Source: a virus (lineage: Duplodnaviria > Heunggongvirae > Uroviricota > Caudoviricetes). From it: a stretch of 28,637 nucleotides of DNA. Location: the IMG/VR virus record IMGVR_UViG_3300021387_000076. One strand, given 5' to 3'. Position numbers and translations under genes: made by a program. Positions 7,706-16,228 of the stretch are shown piece by piece. The notes beneath the pieces are model-generated. The model was not told where the DNA came from. It saw only the letters and a list, made by a program, of their open reading frames with translations, and searched no databases. How positions within the stretch are numbered: position 1 is the first letter of the stretch; the number at the start of each line of letters is the position of its first letter.

Positions 7706-7733
7706 GAAGCAGTTTAACGTCATACTTCAGGAC
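7706..7733 (-). repeat. 28-nt motif, copy 2 (minus strand GTCCTGAAGTATGACGTTAAACTGCTTC)
   Basis: The two differences from copy 1 form a compensatory G-C/A-T pair. Confidence 0.85.
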
Positions 7734-8011
7734 AAACAGCAATGAGCAAATTAGACACCTCCTTTCCTGCTCAATACTGAGAAAGCAGTTTTCTCTGCTT
7801 AAGCTATTGAAACAGGTTGCTACCCCGTCCTTTCGGAGCCGCTGTGAGAAAGACTCTCACTCATCTACGTTAGGTTTCTTGGTGTTTAAGGCAAGAACCA
7901 TAGTAGACTTCCGCACGCCTTGTACTGTAGCGTGACTGACTGTGCATCTTTTTCAAGGAGCATTGCCTCGATGGCGTCACTTCTCCATATCGCGTTCAAA
8001 GCAATTGAACG

Positions 8012-8419
8012 TTACTCTTGCAGCATGCCAATATATGCTGCAATTTTTTCGCATGCAAAGCGTGAGCTTTTCTTGTCCCAATGGGAAGGTTCACGTTTGC
8101 TAAGGAACTTTTTCAGCTTATCATTAAAACAATGAAAGCTTACTTGATATCTGCCCATGGATAGGCGGATATCAAAATACACGAGATAAGAATTAATTTT
8201 CTCATCTCGTGATACGTAATAATGGATATCGTCGCAAGGACGAATATTCTTGAGAACATCAAGAATATACATGTCCTTAACATGATATCCTTTTTCACGT
8301 GCTTGACGCACGCGGGCTGTCTGCTTCAACATAACAGCCAAATCATTGATACCTTTACCGGCATCACTTGCCACCTGTGCAAGCACGATGGCTTCAAACA
8401 TCTTTTTAGTTGTTGCCAT
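8012..8419 (-). CDS. Hypothetical protein (135 aa)
   Basis: aaaggagg RBS; clean ORF. Confidence 0.85.
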   Translation of the reverse strand: MATTKKMFEAIVLAQVASDAGKGINDLAVMLKQTARVRQAREKGYHVKDMYILDVLKNIRPCDDIHYYVSRDEKINSYLVYFDIRLSMGRYQVSFHCFNDKLKKFLSKREPSHWDKKSSRFACEKIAAYIGMLQE

Positions 8420-8535
8420 AGCAGATAACCTCCTTTTGTTTTTTAGGTATACACCTGATAAGGACGTCTGTTGTTAAACAGGCGACCTTATCAAGCGGCT
8501 GGTATTTATATCCCGCATCCAGCAAGCGGTTGATC

Positions 8536-8676
8536 TCAAAGTGCTTTATACACTCTGAAATCGAATTCGGGATACTTTTCTAAGTAATCCCACATTTCCT
8601 GTTCTGAGTCAAACTGATTTGACTCCTCCCATGTTTCTGTTCCGGGATTGAAAAAGAATACAATGTACTTCTTCAT
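8536..8676 (-). CDS. 46-aa acidic microprotein MKKYIVFFFNPGTETWEESNQFDSEQEMWDYLEKYPEFDFRVYKAL (not in the track)
   Basis: aaggaggtacttcattATG; similar to 7485-7622. Confidence 0.8.
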   Translation of the reverse strand: MKKYIVFFFNPGTETWEESNQFDSEQEMWDYLEKYPEFDFRVYKAL

Positions 8677-9000
8677 AATGAAGTACCTCCTTAATTATTT
8701 TTGTGTGTCAAGCACACTGCAAAGCCCACTAGTTTGCTTATGCAACCAGTGGGCTTCTGCGCTATGTTTGACTCATCTTTTTGTTTCGGAGAAGACTCAA
8801 CGTATCTTCTTGATGCACCTTGTATCTGTTATTAACCCGACAGCCATCGCGGTTGGAATACTTAAGCGAACAGCCACGAACGCCGACGTTAACTGTGTGT
8901 TCACGTCTCTGTCATATTCCATTAGTACTGAAGCTTTACATGCTTTCAGCCGGCTACGTTATCCGGTACACCTCGTTTACCGTCAAGAGGCACGACCATT

Positions 9001-9225
9001 TTAGGAAAAGGTGAGCCATGATTGGCAAGAGATCAGGCTCCGCGTTAATTTCACGCCACGCGGCTGGCGTTGCACCACCTCATCGACCTCGTATTTTTCA
9101 ATAGTCAACAGTCTCGGTGTCTCATCCAAGCGATTTATTGTCCCGAAAAGGCACGGTATCGACCGCCAAGAGCCCAACTTTTTGCGTTTGACGGTTTCAT
9201 CTGTTGCACTGAACGAATTTCTCAT
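9001..9225 (-). CDS. Possible hypothetical protein (74 aa from MRNSF...)
   Basis: Weak gagg RBS 9 nt upstream; competing + strand ORF. Confidence 0.35.
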   Translation of the reverse strand: MRNSFSATDETVKRKKLGSWRSIPCLFGTINRLDETPRLLTIEKYEVDEVVQRQPRGVKLTRSLISCQSWLTFS

Positions 9226-9535
9226 CGCAGTGCGCCTCTTCATCGTTGTTAAGAGGCCATAGCGGTCGACTGGTAACCCTTGACTCTAGGGATCAGCTTC
9301 CAAAAGCTGACGAAAAAGAACTGGACTTGCCGAGTTGGCCCGGTAGTATCCAATTCTGGGAAGTCTCGAGAACCCCCGGGACTTTACGTTGAAAAGTTTC
9401 GAAGGTTCAAGAACTACAGGAATATACTCTTTTCCAACTCTTGTGTCGTTTTCGTGTCGTTTTTGTGGACATTCGAAAAAAACAATAATGGGGAGAGAAA
9501 CTCTCACACTGTAAGTAATTTGGAGATGATTAACT

Positions 9536-9781
9536 ATGCGCTTAACACCTGAATACAAACAGCACTTGCAGGATCTTCTGGATCTCTGTGTAGGAAATAT
9601 CTTTCTTAATGACTACAACTATGGCGAAGTAACTGCCAATGCTTCCGGGGGCTTGCAGGATATGCTTGATCACATCAAAGCCCATAGAGATATACCGTTT
9701 GAAATTACTTACGATCACCTGTGTGATGAAGATTACATCACACAGTTTGCCGCAGATCTCAGATCTGTATCATTTGCCTGA
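9536..9781 (+). CDS. Hypothetical protein (81 aa), first gene of the rightward arm
   Basis: ggagatgattaactATG. Confidence 0.75.
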   Translation: MRLTPEYKQHLQDLLDLCVGNIFLNDYNYGEVTANASGGLQDMLDHIKAHRDIPFEITYDHLCDEDYITQFAADLRSVSFA

Positions 9782-9984
9782 CAGATCCGCATACGCTTAA
9801 CACGTCCGTTTGTAGCGCACCACATGTGGACTTTTGTAGAGATTAAAAACCTTGTCTCGCAGGAGCGAGGCTGCACACGTTGATCTGTGTGTTGCCAGCT
9901 TCAGCTATAGGTTAATACGGAAGGCGCCCTTTGCTTTGCCCGATCAGCAAAGCGGGGCGCCACCCCTCCAATGGAGTGATGTAT

Positions 9985-10236
9985 ATGAGAACCAGGAAAT
10001 GGCGTAGAAGAACAAACTACCTTAAAGACAAAAGAAAAAGGAAGATTGCTGACTATGCACAATGTACTTCCTCAATTTGGTTTGATGACGAACAGAACCG
10101 TGTACGTTACTGGGACAACGGAAAGACAGCCGAGAAACGTATAGCTAACAGACGCTTCAGGAGAATAAACAAAGAAGAATTTATGAGCGGCAATTCTTAC
10201 AGAAAGTATTATCCGCTTGTAGATATGATCATTTAA
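9985..10236 (+). CDS. Basic hypothetical protein (83 aa, MRTRKWRRR...)
   Basis: ggagtgatgtatATG; Arg/Lys rich. Confidence 0.7.
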   Translation: MRTRKWRRRTNYLKDKRKRKIADYAQCTSSIWFDDEQNRVRYWDNGKTAEKRIANRRFRRINKEEFMSGNSYRKYYPLVDMII

Positions 10237-10255
10237 CGATAAGGACGTGAGGAAC

Positions 10256-10567
10256 ATGGGCAACCATCTTGATATTAAACATGCGTTCGACATGGAATAC
10301 TCCACGCAGTTACGCATGGAAAAATATTGGCTTGATGATCATGGTTTCAAATGTTCCTTTACTAGACATGAAGAAACAAACGATATATTCGTAAAGACCT
10401 ACAAATATACAAAGACGCCAGAACTTTTTGCAGAGCTGGCTAATTTCTACAGTCTTAAAAAGGAATATGACATCCAGAAAAAAGCCGGCAAAGAAATAGA
10501 GGGACCTTGCAGAATTCTTCTGCAGTATGAAAAGCCCAGGCATCGGAGTGATGCTCATGAAGCTTGA
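10256..10567 (+). CDS. Hypothetical phage protein (EYSTQ...YKYTKTPELF..L..FY)
   Basis: Clean ORF overlapping the next gene; start uncertain (10247 GTG or 10256 ATG). Confidence 0.75.
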   Translation: MGNHLDIKHAFDMEYSTQLRMEKYWLDDHGFKCSFTRHEETNDIFVKTYKYTKTPELFAELANFYSLKKEYDIQKKAGKEIEGPCRILLQYEKPRHRSDAHEA

Positions 10568-11465
10568 TACCTATGAATCGACTCCGCAGAACAAGAAGCC
10601 TACACCTGAAGCAAAGCGTGTATGCCTCAAGTGCGGACAGTCGAAATCCATCAAAGACTTTTATTCGAACAAGAACTGGGACGACCAGTTAAACCGTGAC
10701 GTGTGGTGCACCAGCTGTGTAGGTAAGTGCTCCACCAAAGAAGAAATAAAAGAATACTTCTGGGAGAACCACAGAGAATTCAATGAGAAGATGTGGGACG
10801 TCGCTGTCAAGCGTGCAGAGAAACTTCTCAATAATAACCCTGTATACCAGAAGTCAGGCGAAGATCGAAGACACATGCTTCTGGAAAAAATGACTGCAGG
10901 CCAGGTACCTGCAGTCATGAACATGAAACTCTATTATAAATACATCGACACAGAAAAGTCTGGCAGTACTTCTTATGCAGAAGCAAAAGCCAACGGTGAG
11001 ATCCCTGAATCAAAAGATCCTGAAGAAAAGAAATTCAATGAGTTTTTCTTCGGCTACTTCACCGACAGGGAACTTAAATACCTTGAAGACTATTACCACC
11101 AGATGGAGGATGACGGCTTCGTTTTTGACAACGAGAACCTTCGCGACTATGCCCGCGAGGTTTGCCTCTCCAGCCTTCAGGTAAAGAAGCTGCGTATGGA
11201 TTACAACGCAGGAAGATGCACTCTCGCAGATCTAAAAGATGCCATTAACACATTCGACACATTATCCAAGTCTTCGAACCTTGCGGCATGCAAACGCAAA
11301 GCCGGCGAAACAAACGGTCTTACTTCGTGGGCTGAAACCACGATGAAGCTTGAGTCTACCGGACATACCATGCAGAGAAAAATAGAATGGGAAAAAGATG
11401 ACGTTGATCGTGTCATAGATAATTACAGACACCTTGTGCGTTCTCTCGGACTTGATGCCATATGA
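10557..11465 (+). CDS. Putative terminase small subunit with an N-terminal Zn finger
   Basis: CxxC...WCxxC; immediately upstream of and overlapping terL; RBS ggagtg; function inferred from position. Confidence 0.6.
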   Translation: MKLDTYESTPQNKKPTPEAKRVCLKCGQSKSIKDFYSNKNWDDQLNRDVWCTSCVGKCSTKEEIKEYFWENHREFNEKMWDVAVKRAEKLLNNNPVYQKSGEDRRHMLLEKMTAGQVPAVMNMKLYYKYIDTEKSGSTSYAEAKANGEIPESKDPEEKKFNEFFFGYFTDRELKYLEDYYHQMEDDGFVFDNENLRDYAREVCLSSLQVKKLRMDYNAGRCTLADLKDAINTFDTLSKSSNLAACKRKAGETNGLTSWAETTMKLESTGHTMQRKIEWEKDDVDRVIDNYRHLVRSLGLDAI

Positions 11466-13105
11466 TAGTCAAGCCCGGAGTAATAAATAACTGGGACTTA
11501 ATGGAACAACAGGTCCAGTTCTACAGGGACCATCTCGATATATTTATCGAGGATCAGTTTGCCCCAATAAAGCTTACACCTACACAACATATAATAGCCA
11601 GAGAATTCGGACGATGCTCAGACTCAAAAGATGTGTGCAGCCGTGGCTATGGAAAAACATTCCTTATAGCTCTGTGCGCCTTCGCTATGTGCTGTCTTTA
11701 TCCCGGCACTATCGTATATGTTTGTTCGGGTACAGCACAGCAGGCAACTCTTGTTTTCGGAAAACTGAAAGAACTTGTTGATTCCAACCCCAACATGGCA
11801 GCTGAACTCAAATCCAACGGAGCCCGCTCTTTAGTACAGCTCAGTAAAGACAAAGGTTCATGCTACTTTAAAAACGGTTCCTATATGACAAGTTCAGCTC
11901 TGGAATCTGCCCGTGGTTTGCGTGCGAAGATTGTTATCATCGACGAAGCTCTTATGCTTTCTCAGGAAGACATCGACGCTATTGTTAAGCCTCTCGCAAA
12001 CTTCAGACGTACTATCAGCCGTACTTATAATTTCAAAGACTACGACTCCAAGTTTGTAGCAATAACTTCTGCATGTGAAAAGAATAATACATTCTACGAA
12101 GACTTTAAACGTGTTGTACGCGAGATGGCGCAAGGCAACCCTGGTGCGTTTGCCTGCGCCCTTAGCTATGAAGCTGCAATAGGTGACGGGATAACAGACG
12201 AGAAATTCTTCATGGAAGAAAAAGCCAGAATGTCAAGTCAGGTATTTGACATGGAGTATGGCTCTATCTTTGTCGGAGCAATGGAAAACTCTGCTTTTCC
12301 ATATTCACTTACTGAGCCGTGCCGCACACTCGAATATATCGAGCTTGCCCAGCCAAAGAACAGCAAGAGCAGATATGTTATCGGTGTCGACATTGCTACC
12401 TCTGCAGCAAAAGGTTCAGATAACACCATCATTTCTGTTATTAAATTCACTGAACGAAGCGATGGTTCGTTCATGAAAAAGATAGTTTATATCAGGTCAA
12501 TGAACGGCAAGGGCCTTGATGTCCTTGCCAATGAGATCCGTAAAATATATCACAAGAGATTTCCAAATGCTGAACGCATAGTCTACGACGCAAGAGGAGT
12601 AGGCGATGCGTTCTCCAAATTCTTCATTGATCCATGGCTCGACGTCGAAACAGGCAAGGAATATCCTCCGCTTGTTCATGACGACGAGCCTTTATCTATA
12701 CCAAATGCACAGCCGAAGCTTCATCCTATTCGTGCTGTGCAGACCATCAACCAACATATGGCAAACACTATGCGTGTCTTTCTTGAAAAGCAGACACTGC
12801 AAATACCGAAGAGCAGCAGGCTTATGCAGATCAAAGCTCAGGATCCTGAAGAGAAGTTTAAGATGTCTGAAGAAGAATACGCTGTGTTCCTCGAGGCTGA
12901 TGCTCTTCAGTTTGAAATGGGCAACATCGTCTGCAAGGTTGGTGCTTCCGGCGCCGCTTTATACGATACGCCCAGAGCAGGCATGCACAAAGACCGTTAC
13001 AGCTCCATTGCTATGGCATGTGACTATGTTGGTTTACTTGAGGATGAAAGCATAAAGAAACATAAACGAGGTCCCATATGCTGGGGCATTGCTTCAAAAT
13101 TTTAA
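11462..13105 (+). CDS. terL: Terminase large subunit
   Basis: Walker A SRGYGKT, Walker B IVIIDEA, nuclease motifs GVDIA...SDNT and KDRYS. Confidence 0.92.
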   Translation: MIVKPGVINNWDLMEQQVQFYRDHLDIFIEDQFAPIKLTPTQHIIAREFGRCSDSKDVCSRGYGKTFLIALCAFAMCCLYPGTIVYVCSGTAQQATLVFGKLKELVDSNPNMAAELKSNGARSLVQLSKDKGSCYFKNGSYMTSSALESARGLRAKIVIIDEALMLSQEDIDAIVKPLANFRRTISRTYNFKDYDSKFVAITSACEKNNTFYEDFKRVVREMAQGNPGAFACALSYEAAIGDGITDEKFFMEEKARMSSQVFDMEYGSIFVGAMENSAFPYSLTEPCRTLEYIELAQPKNSKSRYVIGVDIATSAAKGSDNTIISVIKFTERSDGSFMKKIVYIRSMNGKGLDVLANEIRKIYHKRFPNAERIVYDARGVGDAFSKFFIDPWLDVETGKEYPPLVHDDEPLSIPNAQPKLHPIRAVQTINQHMANTMRVFLEKQTLQIPKSSRLMQIKAQDPEEKFKMSEEEYAVFLEADALQFEMGNIVCKVGASGAALYDTPRAGMHKDRYSSIAMACDYVGLLEDESIKKHKRGPICWGIASKF

Positions 13106-13117
13106 AGGAGGTATAGC

Positions 13118-14692
13118 ATGGCAAGATTCAGTTTACGAAACCTTTTCGGCGGCAGGCAGAAAAACAATGCTGTGCCTCAGACAAAGCATATTATCTGGAG
13201 CATCGCTGATCCAGAAGATACCAAGCTCTCAGCATTTGAAAATTCAAACATAACATACAGCGGCGACCTTGCTTCTGTTGATTATCAGGCGATCCTTCGA
13301 AACAAGCAGGCTAATATCAATACGTTCTATCAGCTTGCTGATTACTATACTGACGCAGATGCTATAGTCCATGGCATTATCAAACATGTGTATGTACCTT
13401 TCTCAGTCGGAGACTGGTACCTTACCTGCGACAATGAGAAGACCATCAAGATCTTCGAAGAGCAGTATGCAAAGATGAGACTGCGTGAAAGCATTAATGA
13501 TATCTTTACGCAGTACTACAAATACAATAATGTGTTCTGTTATATATGGAACGGCAATATCATAACCCTTGCTCCGCATAAATGCAGGATAGGCAACATT
13601 GCGTGGAATGGTACACCTCTTGTTGACTACAACGTCGAAAGCATTGCTACAGAATTCCAGCAAAAAATTTATTCTGTTCGGAAAGACGGAAGAATAGACG
13701 ACAACGTACTTGAACAGGTACTCAGGGGCTATCCTCCTGAAGTCGCCAAAGCACTCAAGGAACGCAAGCAGTATGCCACCCTCAACCCGGATAACACTTA
13801 TGTATTTCAGGGATCCAAAGAAGGATGGATGAGATATGCTGTTCCGTGGATTGCAAGCGCTTTGCCGGCGCTTGCAAAGAAAGAACTCATACAGAAGTAT
13901 GAAGCAGCGCAGTTGAACATCGGCGCACGTTCCTTTGTTGAGGTTCGCTACGGCGATGACAAAATGCAGTATGAAATGCTTCCTGATAAAACCCAGATCA
14001 ATGAGATAAAGAACAACTACAAGAATGGCATGAGCGGTTATCCGCTTGTTGTAGTTCCTTATCTCTGTCAGTCCAAGGTAACACAGGCTGACATGAGTGA
14101 CCTTTATCAGTGGCCTCTCTATGAGCAGGTTAATGCAGATATTCTTTCTGCAGGCGGCGTAGCAGGCATTATTGTTTCGGGTTCGGGTGAAGAAGGTTCA
14201 ACCTTCGCCAGTGCACAGGTTTCAGTGCAGTCCGCCGCTTCACGAATTGAAGCAGCACGGCGGGAGTTTGAAGACTTCATGTATAAAGTGAACATCCGAC
14301 TCATTGAAGATATTAAACTTATTCACACGAATAATTTAAAAGACGTCCCTGTATTCCACTTTAAGCCACTCAGTATGAGCGGTATGAAAGAACTCAGGGA
14401 AGCATGCGAGAAACTCTGGCAGAATGGTCTTGTTTCTTCCAAGACTTATCTCGAAATGCAAGGGTACAGTCTCGCAAAGGAAAAGAAGCAGAGAGAACTC
14501 GAAGCTTCGGATGGAACAGATGAGACAATGATAAGTCATATCAACGTTCCTACTATTGATGTTCCGACAGAGGATTCCAAAACTGGCAGACCATCAAAGA
14601 CAGACGAAGAAAGAAACTCCGATCCAGATAATTCAACCACAAGCAAACAGACAAAAGATGCGAAAAATGGAGAACCTGTCGATACGGAATGA
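13118..14692 (+). CDS. Portal protein
   Basis: Follows terL; 524 aa; acidic/charged tail with GRP motif; SPbeta-like synteny. Confidence 0.8.
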   Translation: MARFSLRNLFGGRQKNNAVPQTKHIIWSIADPEDTKLSAFENSNITYSGDLASVDYQAILRNKQANINTFYQLADYYTDADAIVHGIIKHVYVPFSVGDWYLTCDNEKTIKIFEEQYAKMRLRESINDIFTQYYKYNNVFCYIWNGNIITLAPHKCRIGNIAWNGTPLVDYNVESIATEFQQKIYSVRKDGRIDDNVLEQVLRGYPPEVAKALKERKQYATLNPDNTYVFQGSKEGWMRYAVPWIASALPALAKKELIQKYEAAQLNIGARSFVEVRYGDDKMQYEMLPDKTQINEIKNNYKNGMSGYPLVVVPYLCQSKVTQADMSDLYQWPLYEQVNADILSAGGVAGIIVSGSGEEGSTFASAQVSVQSAASRIEAARREFEDFMYKVNIRLIEDIKLIHTNNLKDVPVFHFKPLSMSGMKELREACEKLWQNGLVSSKTYLEMQGYSLAKEKKQRELEASDGTDETMISHINVPTIDVPTEDSKTGRPSKTDEERNSDPDNSTTSKQTKDAKNGEPVDTE

Positions 14693-14910
14693 TACGTCTT
14701 TCAACCTGACAGACGTTAAAGAACAGGTTTGATGCCTATAGTGAAGATCTCACACTTAAAACGTGATCGACATCCGATATGTGATCGAGAAAGAGATGCC
14801 AAGACAATAAGGGCCGCATACATGGAACAAGCGGGAACGTACCGCGTTATCAAGTTACTGACATCCATAGCGGAATCGCTGGACTGAAACTGCCAGCAAT
14901 ATCGGATTAC

Positions 14911-14949
14911 GCCACCGTCCCTACTCTTACGGGGTGGTGGCTTTATTTT
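14911..14949 (+). terminator. Intrinsic terminator after the portal gene
   Basis: gccaccgtccc/ggggtggtggc stem followed by tttatttt. Confidence 0.7.
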
Positions 14950-15008
14950 AATTGAAAACATACTGACTCCTACCGGTATGAATCAATATACACAAGGAGA
15001 AATGCATA

Positions 15009-16217
15009 ATGCAAAAACGAATTGTTGCTAATGTCATCATCTCCGAACTTAAAAAGTCTAATGCCTGCCTCTACGTGAAGGGTGTGCTTTTCAATTTAAA
15101 GACAAACCTGAACGGAGTCCGTGTAACAGAAGCGTTCATGGACGAGATCGTTGAGAATAAAGAGAAGTACCTTGGTATTCCTTTATGTGCAGACGTTAAA
15201 GGATTAATCAACGGCAAAGTCATAGGCCATATGTATGACGAGAAGAAAGACGAATTCAAAAGTCAGATCATTGGCTCAATGATTGACTTTGAAAAACAGG
15301 AAACAGAAGACGGCGCAGCGCTTGTCATCACGGCGAAGATCATGAAGAGATACAAAGCTGTATGTGAAGCTGTCGGCGGACTTTTTGCTTCCGGTGATCT
15401 TAAGTTTAGTTTCGAACTCCTTGCCGGCGAATACACCGAAGAGGAAGACGGGACTATGTTAATTGACGTCAGCGAAAACAACTATCTTGAAGGCGCTGCC
15501 GTTGTAACATTTCCGGCCTGTGAAGAAGCTGTAGCAATGCAGCTGGTTGCCGAATGTTTAAACCAAGGAGATGAGAATATGACTAATGAAGAAGTTCAGG
15601 TAAATGCTGAAGAAGAAAAAGTGGTTGAGACCGCAGAAGAAGAAACCAAAGTCAATGCTGAAGCAGAGACTGAAGTCAAAGCAGAAACGGAAGTGACTGC
15701 TGAGGAAGAGAAACCTGCTGAGGAAGTCAATGCAGCGACTGAGGTCAAAGAAGCAACTGAAGTCAACGAAGCGACTGAAGTTAAAGCGGAGACTGAAGAC
15801 AAAGAGGGATCTTGCAAAGATAAGGAAGACGAAGAAGAAGAGAAGAAAGAAACTGCTTCCACCGGAGTTGAGAATGCCGAAGTGTACACTACGACTACTC
15901 ATACTGAAACGGACATGGAACGTTCTTACGATTCTGAAACTGGCGAAGAAACTTATCATGAGGTTGTCGAAACAACCACTGTCTACAGCGAATTAAAAGA
16001 AGCTGTCACAAGTATGCTGGCTGAAATCAAAGCCATAAAAGAACAGCTTGCAGAGATTCAGAAGCCCGAAGAAAAGCATACCATTGCTGAAGCGGCGCAT
16101 ACTGAATATGACCTGCTTAATCCTTTTATCGATGATATTGCTTCTCCGCAGAAGTACACGCTTCTGGCGTCAGAAGAAACCCCGTCTCACTATGGGCTGT
16201 TAGACCCCGTGGATTGA
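15009..16217 (+). CDS. Prohead protease with fused acidic scaffold region
   Basis: N-terminal GH...KFSFEL...EGAAVV..PA protease-like motifs; Glu-rich C-terminal half; located between portal and capsid genes. Confidence 0.75.
   Translation: MQKRIVANVIISELKKSNACLYVKGVLFNLKTNLNGVRVTEAFMDEIVENKEKYLGIPLCADVKGLINGKVIGHMYDEKKDEFKSQIIGSMIDFEKQETEDGAALVITAKIMKRYKAVCEAVGGLFASGDLKFSFELLAGEYTEEEDGTMLIDVSENNYLEGAAVVTFPACEEAVAMQLVAECLNQGDENMTNEEVQVNAEEEKVVETAEEETKVNAEAETEVKAETEVTAEEEKPAEEVNAATEVKEATEVNEATEVKAETEDKEGSCKDKEDEEEEKKETASTGVENAEVYTTTTHTETDMERSYDSETGEETYHEVVETTTVYSELKEAVTSMLAEIKAIKEQLAEIQKPEEKHTIAEAAHTEYDLLNPFIDDIASPQKYTLLASEETPSHYGLLDPVD
15723..15794 (+). repeat. Four tandem 18-bp units encoding EV(N/K)(A/E)(A/E)T
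   Basis: gaagtcaatgcagcgact/gaggtcaaagaagcaact/gaagtcaacgaagcgact/gaagttaaagcggagact. Confidence 0.85.
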
Positions 16218-16228
16218 GGTGAAAGACA

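Noticed and set aside
7450-7733. 28-nt repeats as a CRISPR mini-array
   Set aside because: Only two copies, separated by 228 nt containing a gene; no cas genes. No CRISPR array was seen in the window
9539-9803. 10-bp direct repeat cgcttaacac (9539-9548, 9794-9803) as a late promoter motif
   Set aside because: Only two copies noticed, one inside a CDS; not seen before other late genes; could be chance
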